Origin: a virus | Strand: one strand, 5' to 3' | Length of the DNA stretch: 64,000 bases | Virus record (IMG/VR): IMGVR_UViG_3300047476_001057 | Location: 1 to 64,000 of that record | In this document: one piece after another, positions 56,361 through 64,000 of the stretch | How positions within the stretch are numbered: position 1 is the first letter of the stretch | Layout: every line of letters begins with the position of its first letter | Program-made: the position numbers and the translations under genes | Notes under the pieces: generated by a model | What the model was told of the DNA's origin: nothing | The model's input: the letters and a program-made list of their open reading frames with translations, nothing else | The model's database searches: none

Positions 56361-56849
56361 ATGGAAAAAATCACCCTTAAATTGTTTGAGTTCTATAACT
56401 TAGATGCTGAACTCAACGGTGCCATCAATCAGCAGACTGGTGCCAAAATCTCTTCAGGTCTTTTGCAGGAAAAACTTCCTCTTGTTACCAAGTACTGGCT
56501 TTCAGACTTGGGCAAGAAAGTAGCTGCTGAAAAAGCTGCTATTGAAGAGCTTAAAAATGATCTTATTAAAAAATACGGAAAGGCTGACGACAAAGGTGGC
56601 TTTACCATTCCTATGCTCATTGACGAACTTGATGAAAAAGGAGAGATAGTAAAGTCTGTTAATGAAGACGGTTCTGAAGTGAGTAAAAAGATATTAAACC
56701 CTGATTTTCAAGCATTTGAGAAGGAGTTTAATGAGCTTCTTCAGACAGAAAAAGATCTGGAGTACAAAGGTTTCAAGCTTACTGAGTTTGAAAAAGTCGA
56801 AACCTCTGAAAACTACGAAACCTTTTTCCGTATGGTAATAGTAGAGTAA
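56361..56849 (+). CDS. tail assembly chaperone-like protein
   Basis: LIKKYG...FEKEFNELL coiled pattern. Confidence 0.5.
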   Translation: MEKITLKLFEFYNLDAELNGAINQQTGAKISSGLLQEKLPLVTKYWLSDLGKKVAAEKAAIEELKNDLIKKYGKADDKGGFTIPMLIDELDEKGEIVKSVNEDGSEVSKKILNPDFQAFEKEFNELLQTEKDLEYKGFKLTEFEKVETSENYETFFRMVIVE

Positions 56850-56877
56850 GCCTGCTTTTTTGATATACGTTGTCTAT

Positions 56878-56907
56878 AACCACCTCCTTTCCAGGGGGTG
56901 GTTTTTT
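56878..56907 (+). terminator. intrinsic terminator
   Basis: AACCACCTCCT-TTCC-AGGGGGTGGTT followed by a T-run. Confidence 0.82.
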
Positions 56908-56997
56908 GTTTTTCTTGTAGAAATTCAGTATATTATATTGTAGACCATCTAAAAAGAAAACTGTACTTCCGGAGTTTACCGGATAATCCTATATTCT

Positions 56998-58233
56998 ATG
57001 TTACCTACTAAGTCCAATACTGCTGAACAGGGCTGTGCTCCTGTATCCTCTAATTGTGTCGTATGGCAGGGTCCTGCATTGCCATGCCTAAACCTTTGCA
57101 ACGGTGACACTGTTTCTGATGTAGTTTACAAGGTAGCTAATGATCTATGCACCATCAAAGATGAACTAGATCTAACAGACCTGGATCTGACTTGCCTGGT
57201 CTCTTTTTGCTCTTCTACTAACCCTGCTCCAACTACCAAGACCCTGTCAGCAGTATTGGATTTTATTGTTAGAAAAGTATGTTGCCTAAGTACTACAATA
57301 GGAGGCATCACTCCAGGGAACAGCTACACAGAACCTAACCTGGCTTTACCCACTTGTTTACAGTATCAGAATGGTCAGGGTCAGACTGTTACTCAACTCC
57401 AGCATTCTCAGTATTCACTTACCCTGGCTCAGAAGATCTGCCAGCTGAATACCACCGTGAACCAGCACACTTCCCAAATCTCTAACCACGAGACTAGAAT
57501 TACCACTTTGGAGAATGCTCCAGGTGCTGTGCTACCTACGGTTACTCCAGAATGTCTGCTTACTCCAGGAACTCCTGTACAAATGAATGTTTTGTTGGAC
57601 GAACTGGAAGCTCAGTTTTGTACACTCAGGGGTGTACTTGGCACTAATAACGCACTGACAGCAGCGGCTGCCCAGCAGTGTGCTAACCTTGGTGCACAAA
57701 ATGCTCTTAGCCAGGCAGGTACGCTTTCGTCTCTTGCAGGATGGAATGGTAGTATTTCTAATCTGGCCCAGTCTTTTCAGAACTTGTGGATTACCGTGTG
57801 TGACATGAGGGCTGCTATAAATGATCTTAAGAATTGTTGTTCACAGGTAGATTGTACTCAATTTATTTTGAGCTACACTGCTTCTGCAAATAGCCTTCGT
57901 CAGGAGGTATACTTAGACTTTAATCCTGGTACAATTATTCCTGCAGGATTTGCAAACTGTTCTCAACTTGGATCTTTGGTTACTATATCAGATGGTGTAA
58001 ATACCAAGGAGTTCCGTGTTGATCTGGTAAGTCTTGCTTCAAGCACTAACACATTCACTGCTATTGTAGCAGGATCTGGTGTAACAGGAGTTGCTTTGAA
58101 TACATCATTGCAATATACAGTCACTGTAAATGGTTGTATTGTAAAAGATGGCAAGACTTGTGAAAAAGCTGTTGTAAGAACTGTGTCTGTTCCATGTCCA
58201 ATTGTATCTAACGTAACTGCTAGCTTGGTATAA
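56998..58233 (+). CDS. Cys-rich virion protein with coiled coil
   Basis: SSNCVVWQGPALPC motif, many Cys, heptad segment. Confidence 0.65.
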   Translation: MLPTKSNTAEQGCAPVSSNCVVWQGPALPCLNLCNGDTVSDVVYKVANDLCTIKDELDLTDLDLTCLVSFCSSTNPAPTTKTLSAVLDFIVRKVCCLSTTIGGITPGNSYTEPNLALPTCLQYQNGQGQTVTQLQHSQYSLTLAQKICQLNTTVNQHTSQISNHETRITTLENAPGAVLPTVTPECLLTPGTPVQMNVLLDELEAQFCTLRGVLGTNNALTAAAAQQCANLGAQNALSQAGTLSSLAGWNGSISNLAQSFQNLWITVCDMRAAINDLKNCCSQVDCTQFILSYTASANSLRQEVYLDFNPGTIIPAGFANCSQLGSLVTISDGVNTKEFRVDLVSLASSTNTFTAIVAGSGVTGVALNTSLQYTVTVNGCIVKDGKTCEKAVVRTVSVPCPIVSNVTASLV

Positions 58234-58234
58234 T

Positions 58235-58801
58235 ATGAATATAAATCTTAACTGGTCAGTTGGAGCAAGTGCTGCATCTCAGGATGTACAATACAAACTT
58301 GCATCTTCTTCAACATGGATAACTCATTCTAATGTTGCAGGAAGCATTACTACAGCTGGTATCACTGGACTTCAGGATAATCTTATTTATGATTTTAGAG
58401 TGGTAACTAATTGTACAGGAGGTACACCTTCACCAGGATCTGCCACTCAACAAATAAATATAATATGTCCTACGGTAACAACTACAGTTACTGATACTAC
58501 ATTTTCTTATAGTTTTTTACATATTGGAGGTTCTGTTACTTCTTATAGTGTACAGCTTTTAGATTCAGCAGGAACCACAGTTTTACAGACACAAAATCCT
58601 GCCGTTAGCTCTACAGTTACTGGAGTGTTTAGTTCTCTTACACAAACAACAGTATATGGAGTTAGGGTGACAGCTGTAGCCGGAACATTTAACAAACAAT
58701 GTTCTATTGTTTATGATACTACAAGTGCTACACCAACATGTAATCCACCAACTAATCTTACAGCTGTTTTAGTAGATGAGCAACCTCCTATTCAAGAATA
58801 A
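58235..58801 (+). CDS. fibronectin type III-like domain protein
   Basis: LNW...VQYK...W...ITGLQDNLIYDFRV pattern, two copies. Confidence 0.7.
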   Translation: MNINLNWSVGASAASQDVQYKLASSSTWITHSNVAGSITTAGITGLQDNLIYDFRVVTNCTGGTPSPGSATQQINIICPTVTTTVTDTTFSYSFLHIGGSVTSYSVQLLDSAGTTVLQTQNPAVSSTVTGVFSSLTQTTVYGVRVTAVAGTFNKQCSIVYDTTSATPTCNPPTNLTAVLVDEQPPIQE

Positions 58802-58815
58802 TAATACTATAAAAT

Positions 58816-59469
58816 ATGTCATGCGGTTGTTATAATAATGATCTTCCTTTGGTAAACTGTAATCCATGTGCAGATTGTGCTCCTTTACCTAATACACCGC
58901 TACCTCCCTGTGTAGGTGGTGAACCTTGTGAGGAGATTCTTGGCGTAGAATGTTCAGGATATACAGGACCTAATCTTCCTGCTTTTGGTATTTTGAACCA
59001 GGATAGATTGCTCACTATGCTTTTAAAGATGCATAAGGTTATTAATCCTTTGTTAGCTAATCCTATTCCTATTGTAAGTTATACAGCTACCTCTACTACA
59101 ACTACTCCTATGGTAGTAAGCTATCTTGGGCTAGGACCGGTATACACTTCAACAGCTGGTGCTACAGGTGCCGGTACAACAATCACTGTAGGATCTACAA
59201 CAGGTCTTGCTGTGGGTATGACGCTAACAGTACTTTCAGGAACAGGTGCTTTTGCTGCTAATACTACTGTAACCGGTATTATAAATGCTACTAGTTTTAC
59301 AGTTTCACAAGCTCCTTCAACTGCTTTATCAGGCGGGGCTACTATTATAAAAGCTGTGGGAAGTAACCACGAAATCTTTACCGTTACAGTTGTTCAGGGA
59401 ACACCACAAAGCTTTGAAGCTTTTGCTACATCACCAGTAAAGCTTTCTGGTACCGGAACTATTGTATAA
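58816..59469 (+). CDS. Cys-rich N-terminus, beta-rich virion protein
   Basis: CGC..CNPCADC...CEE...CSGYTG motif related to the N-terminus of 56998. Confidence 0.6.
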   Translation: MSCGCYNNDLPLVNCNPCADCAPLPNTPLPPCVGGEPCEEILGVECSGYTGPNLPAFGILNQDRLLTMLLKMHKVINPLLANPIPIVSYTATSTTTTPMVVSYLGLGPVYTSTAGATGAGTTITVGSTTGLAVGMTLTVLSGTGAFAANTTVTGIINATSFTVSQAPSTALSGGATIIKAVGSNHEIFTVTVVQGTPQSFEAFATSPVKLSGTGTIV

Positions 59470-59479
59470 AAACTAACCT

Positions 59480-59902
59480 ATGTCTTGTTCAACTTTTAAA
59501 ACACTTCAGGTTTCATTTGTAGCTCCAGAAATTGCTCCCGCCAATGGTTATTTGGTCAAGTGGAGAGTAGTAGGAGACACTCTATGGAATGAAGTGACTC
59601 AATATGGTAATCCTGTAACTATTGCAGGCGTACCAGCATGTTTTAATATAGAAGGTACTATCCAGGCAAATTGTGGTAATGGTAATTTTGGTCTTCCAAT
59701 AAACTTTGCAGCTACAGGTGGTACTACTACTTGCTATCAGTTTACGCTTTTAAATACAGGAAATTATACATATGTTCCTTGCGGACAGGTTGATCAAACT
59801 ATAACTGTTTCTAATAATATCAATTCACCTACACAAATTTGTGCAAAAGATGGTACAGTAACAGGAGGTTCTTTTACAAGAACAGTTCAATGTACTGCTT
59901 AA
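59480..59902 (+). CDS. FN3-like Cys-containing protein
   Basis: PANGYLVKWR domain paralogous to 59915. Confidence 0.6.
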   Translation: MSCSTFKTLQVSFVAPEIAPANGYLVKWRVVGDTLWNEVTQYGNPVTIAGVPACFNIEGTIQANCGNGNFGLPINFAATGGTTTCYQFTLLNTGNYTYVPCGQVDQTITVSNNINSPTQICAKDGTVTGGSFTRTVQCTA

Positions 59903-59914
59903 TACTACACTATT

Positions 59915-61069
59915 ATGGCATTTATACCAGTTACTCCTCCTACTAGTTCTAATAATGAGTGCCTTACATGCACTTCAACTAGAAGTATATCAGTTAGTTT
60001 TACTGCAGCAAGCCCAGCTCCTGCTAACGGGTATATTGTAAAATGGAAAAAAGTATCAGAGCCTATAAGTTCATTTGTTCAGGTGATACCTAATCCTACG
60101 GCATCTCCTGTTACTATTAATAATGTACCTGCTTGTGACGATATTGATGTAGTTGTACAAGCATCTTGTGGTCCAGGTTTTTCTAGTCAAGAAGTTACAG
60201 CTGTAGCAACTGGTTTAGGAGTTGCTTTAAAATGTGGATGTGGGTATCAGGGTGATATAGATAATATGAATTTCTATATTTATCCTTCTATACCTATTGA
60301 TTTTACAGGAATACAGAATGGCAGTACTATTACGCTTGCTTATGATTCTATAAGTAGAATTAACCGTTTTGAAATATATAATGTAACAGACTCAACAATT
60401 ACGGTATCATCAGGTTGGGCAGGTTTAGCTAACTATCCAGGTCCTTGGGGAGCATCTAACAATACACCTACTACAGGAGACATTACTTTTATATATGATA
60501 ATACTAAAACCTATGTACTGAACGTACAAGTGGGTGGTGCTGATCCTAATAATCAGACAAACGATGCATGGAGTGTAGTACTTGGATGTACTTACGTTGC
60601 TCCTCCTCCAACTTATTATTATTATCAAGGAACACTTTGCAGTGGAACCACTACTGAAACTTTCCGTTCAACTGTTAATAATCTGCATACACTGAATGTA
60701 GTGGTGAAAGCCAATGCTACTTCTATGAACAATACAGTGCAGTGTTTTAATCAGATTACCAATAACGCACAGGTTAATACCAATGATGTTATAGATACAT
60801 TTGCTAACTGTTTTATCTGTAATGGTAATGCAGCTTATGTACCTATTACTAACTTCTACAATCCTTGTACATTAAGTGCTACCGGTGGAATAACTGATGC
60901 TGATATATATCTTCCAAATGGTACAGTAGATGTAGCATTGGGTGTAACACTACTCACTTCTACTGGTGCTGCTCATACTACAGTTTCATTGATAGCTTCA
61001 TCTAATGGAGAGATATTTAATGTAAATGAGTTTGGTCAAGTAGTAAGTTCAACTAATCAATTCTGTTAA
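59915..61069 (+). CDS. FN3-like multi-domain Cys-containing protein
   Basis: PANGYIVKWKK domain plus further beta domains. Confidence 0.6.
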   Translation: MAFIPVTPPTSSNNECLTCTSTRSISVSFTAASPAPANGYIVKWKKVSEPISSFVQVIPNPTASPVTINNVPACDDIDVVVQASCGPGFSSQEVTAVATGLGVALKCGCGYQGDIDNMNFYIYPSIPIDFTGIQNGSTITLAYDSISRINRFEIYNVTDSTITVSSGWAGLANYPGPWGASNNTPTTGDITFIYDNTKTYVLNVQVGGADPNNQTNDAWSVVLGCTYVAPPPTYYYYQGTLCSGTTTETFRSTVNNLHTLNVVVKANATSMNNTVQCFNQITNNAQVNTNDVIDTFANCFICNGNAAYVPITNFYNPCTLSATGGITDADIYLPNGTVDVALGVTLLTSTGAAHTTVSLIASSNGEIFNVNEFGQVVSSTNQFC

Positions 61070-61112
61070 AATAATAGTCAGTGGTTTTGTTGGTTTCCAT
61101 CTGACATAACAA

Positions 61113-61147
61113 AGCCCCGGTGTTTCTACACATGGGGCTCTTTTTTT
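61113..61147 (+). terminator. intrinsic terminator
   Basis: AGCCCC...GGGGCT stem followed by C and T7. Confidence 0.78.
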
Positions 61148-61234
61148 AACTATTGTTGATAACTTCTGTAGAACTTTTGTTTAAGTTCTACATAATAGAA
61201 TTAATTTCATACACCGTATACCAACCCTAAACCT

Positions 61235-62551
61235 ATGAATCTAATTAACCAAGTGTACGGCTCACTTAAATGGAAAAAAACAGATGAGTGGTGTGCTACA
61301 AAGTTAGGTATTTCTCTACAAAAATACCAAGAAATTAAGAGACAAATTCTACAGACAAAAGAACTTTTACAGACTGAACTGGACAACAGTTTAGTTGATC
61401 TTGCTGGTAAACGGATGCTTGATCTGATAGATGATGAGCAGATCAAGAATGAGTATATATCAGAACTGGAAGATCAGTTAGTAGAAGCCATCAACCAGCA
61501 TAAAGAAAAGGTGGTTGAGTTTAGAGAAGATCTAGAAAACGGTACAGCTGAAATAAAGGGTGTGGCGTTCTCAGAACCTAAAAGCCCTGAAGAGATAATA
61601 CGTATTCTTAAGATAGACACTACAAAATGGAAGCTGTCATCTTACTGGAACAAACAACACAAAGAGTATTGGTTGATATCAGCCATGGTTTCCCAGGTTA
61701 AACCAGAACCACAAGATTTTATAAAACATACATTAGAAAACTTCCAACCTAAATATGTTCCTGTAAAGGAAGTTCATATTAACACCAAGTTTGAAAACCC
61801 CACCGTTGCAATATTGTCCGTTCAGGACTTACACTTTGGTAAGGAAGGGAACCTTACCGTTACAGAAGACTTTAAGAAAGCCGTTACTAACCTGACACTT
61901 AGAGCTTACATGAGCCACCGGATTGAGAAGATCATCTATGTCTTTGGTGGAGATTTGCTGAACATGGATACGTTCATGGGGCAGACCACCAAAGGCACAC
62001 CGGTGGATAATGACATGCGTGCCCAAGAAGCTTACAATGAAGCTTTTGATGCTCTCTATTGGAGCATTAATCATATTAAGCAGTTCTGTAATTTTTTAGA
62101 AGTGGTTTACCTTCCAGGTAATCATGACCGTCTAAGTTCTTACCATCTGGCTCATGCCTTAAGTAAGTGCTTTAGTGCGGAGAATGATATTGTATTTGAC
62201 GCAGAATATGCAGAGAGAAAGGTAAAGGTATGGGGAGCTAACTTCTTTGGCTTTGAGCATGGAGACGTAACCAAGAAGTGGACACCGTTGGTTTATGCTA
62301 CAGAGTTTCCTCTGTTCTGGGGATCCACCATTTACCGCACCTGTTATACAGGACACTTCCATTCTAAAAAGACTACAGAGTATGTCACAGATAATGAGAT
62401 ACACGGCTTTGCTCTGAAGCATCTTCCTTCTTTATCCAGGTCAGATTACTGGCACTATCATAACAAGTTTACAGGTTCAAAACGCCAGGCAGTTATGGAA
62501 GTTCATGACTACCACACAGGTAAGATATCCGAGTTTACCTACAATGCTTAA
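61235..62551 (+). CDS. calcineurin-like metallophosphoesterase with N-terminal coiled/HTH region
   Basis: DLHFG, GGD, PGNHD, EHGD and GHFH metal-binding motifs. Confidence 0.85.
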   Translation: MNLINQVYGSLKWKKTDEWCATKLGISLQKYQEIKRQILQTKELLQTELDNSLVDLAGKRMLDLIDDEQIKNEYISELEDQLVEAINQHKEKVVEFREDLENGTAEIKGVAFSEPKSPEEIIRILKIDTTKWKLSSYWNKQHKEYWLISAMVSQVKPEPQDFIKHTLENFQPKYVPVKEVHINTKFENPTVAILSVQDLHFGKEGNLTVTEDFKKAVTNLTLRAYMSHRIEKIIYVFGGDLLNMDTFMGQTTKGTPVDNDMRAQEAYNEAFDALYWSINHIKQFCNFLEVVYLPGNHDRLSSYHLAHALSKCFSAENDIVFDAEYAERKVKVWGANFFGFEHGDVTKKWTPLVYATEFPLFWGSTIYRTCYTGHFHSKKTTEYVTDNEIHGFALKHLPSLSRSDYWHYHNKFTGSKRQAVMEVHDYHTGKISEFTYNA

Positions 62552-62611
62552 ACTCTACAAGTTTAACTAGGAAACTTCATGGATTTTACGTAAATTATTA
62601 ATGTAGAACTT

Positions 62612-63199
62612 GTGGCCACAAAGTACAAACAACCAGACCTAAACGCTCCCAGGTATCGCCCTAAAAAGCTAAACCTGACAAACAGCAATGTTTACAACCA
62701 GTTCGTGCAGGAGAATCCCAGGTTTAGTTCACTTACAGCTACCCAGTTCAAAGAGGTAATCAGCAGCTTTAACGGCAAGATCTGGAACAAGGTCATAGAA
62801 AGCCGTGATGGTGTGGAACTACCGGAGCAACTGGGTTATTTGTTTATTGGGACTTGTCCTCGTAAACAAGGTGATAATCCTGACTTTAGGAAGAGTAATC
62901 AATACGGGAAAAAGATCCAGAATCAAAACTGGGAGTCTGATCAGTATGTAGCTAAAATTTTCTACACCAACTTTGAAACTAAGTACCGGTTTAAGCATCA
63001 TGAGATGTGGGGCTTTACCGGACTTCGTGACTTTAAGAGAACAGTAGCTAAGACCTATCCCCAGGAGTGGAAGAAATATGTGCAAGTAGATAACCTGGTT
63101 AAAGTGAGCTTATTGTTCCGTAAGCATAAGTTCAAAGACTTTAAGAAAAACGAAACTCAGAAACTCCTTGAGGAGTATGATGAGTTTAATCTGGACTAA
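62612..63199 (+). CDS. HU/IHF-like DNA-binding protein (GTG start)
   Basis: FKEVISSFNGKIW...DGVELPEQLGYLFI pattern as in crAss-like HU homologues. Confidence 0.55.
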   Translation: MATKYKQPDLNAPRYRPKKLNLTNSNVYNQFVQENPRFSSLTATQFKEVISSFNGKIWNKVIESRDGVELPEQLGYLFIGTCPRKQGDNPDFRKSNQYGKKIQNQNWESDQYVAKIFYTNFETKYRFKHHEMWGFTGLRDFKRTVAKTYPQEWKKYVQVDNLVKVSLLFRKHKFKDFKKNETQKLLEEYDEFNLD

Positions 63200-63202
63200 C
63201 CT

Positions 63203-63874
63203 ATGAAGACCACCATTGGAGATGTACTCTCAAGAATCCGTTCCCAGGTAAAGGCGGTAAGGCAAGATGCTTTACTGACTGACCGGGTTATATACTCTTT
63301 TGTCAATAAGCACTCAAAGTGGTTGTTGAAACGTGAAGATGCAAAAAACCAACTGATGGGATATTCAGGGGTTCTTCAGACAATGGAGTTTGTGGAGTTG
63401 ATCGAAGTAGACAAGGTAGAAGCTTGTTGCACTGGAATAAAATCTGACTGTACTATCAAACGCACCAAAAATAAAATGCCTGTGTTTATGCAGGGTTATT
63501 ATGGTCCGTTAATTCGTACAGTAGCATCTTTGGATGGATCTGAAGAATTGCAACCTACAGTTCCTAGCTCTTACATTGCAATGTCTAAGAGCAAGAACTT
63601 TAAATACAATAAGACTAAGTACTTCTGGTATCTTGATGACTATCTATACTTTCCTGATCTTGAGTGGGATGCTGTACGTATAGAAGGAATTTTTGAAGAT
63701 GATATTTCTGCTTTTACATGTGCTGATGATAGCTGTGTTCAAGGTTCAGACCGCTCACTAAACATTCCTGATTATCTTCTGGGTGAATTAGAGTCTGCTG
63801 TATTTAAAGATTTGGCAGGTATGTTGCAAATGCCTGTAGATCCCATTAATGATAAACAAAATGCTGCCCGTTAA
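63203..63874 (+). CDS. tail ring/tubular-like protein
   Basis: crAss-like position; KYFWYLDDYLY...EGIFED motif. Confidence 0.55.
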   Translation: MKTTIGDVLSRIRSQVKAVRQDALLTDRVIYSFVNKHSKWLLKREDAKNQLMGYSGVLQTMEFVELIEVDKVEACCTGIKSDCTIKRTKNKMPVFMQGYYGPLIRTVASLDGSEELQPTVPSSYIAMSKSKNFKYNKTKYFWYLDDYLYFPDLEWDAVRIEGIFEDDISAFTCADDSCVQGSDRSLNIPDYLLGELESAVFKDLAGMLQMPVDPINDKQNAAR

Positions 63875-63879
63875 CTGCT

Positions 63880-64000
63880 ATGAAAACAGAGCCTAAATAC
63901 CGCACGTTTGATGAGCTGCTTAATGAGGTGGCTGCAGATTTTACTCAGTATAATAATGAGGGTATGATTGAACCTGGACAACTAATCAAAGTTGCTCAGA
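63880..64000 (+). CDS. partial structural protein, runs off the window
   Basis: Open frame MKTEPKYRTFDELLNEVAADF... to the window end. Confidence 0.6.
   Translation, partial: MKTEPKYRTFDELLNEVAADFTQYNNEGMIEPGQLIKVAQ

Noticed and set aside
59257-59286. Self-target of array unit 4 on the opposite strand (15 of 20 bases in gapped register)
   Set aside because: About one such match is expected by chance; worth rechecking only against homologues of this gene in other phages.
1-64000. Stop-codon reassignment as in some crAss-like phages
   Set aside because: TerL, portal, MCP and fibres are full-length under the standard code, and all three stop codons end genes.

Overview
The window is a 64-kb piece of a large, AT-rich tailed dsDNA phage genome, most likely infecting Bacteroidota. 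Its TerL-portal-acidic protein-MCP-ring protein-fibre gene order resembles Crassvirales. Bases 1-20.4 kb are almost all on the minus strand and carry early, DNA-metabolism and lysogeny genes: Ung, an SF2 helicase, an HNH protein, a tyrosine integrase and Xis around an intact attP whose core looks like the 3' end of a tRNA-Asp, an AAA ATPase and a ParB-like protein. This arm also holds a tmRNA, aberrant tRNA-like genes and a roughly 520-nt structured non-coding region. Bases 20.7-64 kb are on the plus strand: middle genes (HxlR, GNAT, PD-(D/E)XK nuclease, PhoH, an aminoacyl-tRNA-protein transferase-like protein, SNase), then the head, tail and fibre module. The most striking locus is 15686-17189 (minus): a standalone Cas7/RAMP-like gene, a 157-aa partner gene and a 381-nt non-coding array. 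The array has six units, each built from 5-nt G(G/T)Y-NN modules and closed by GGCAG. It looks like a non-CRISPR RNA-guided system whose variable dinucleotides may spell a gapped target. All product calls come from motif recognition by eye; no database searches were run, and all counts are by hand.
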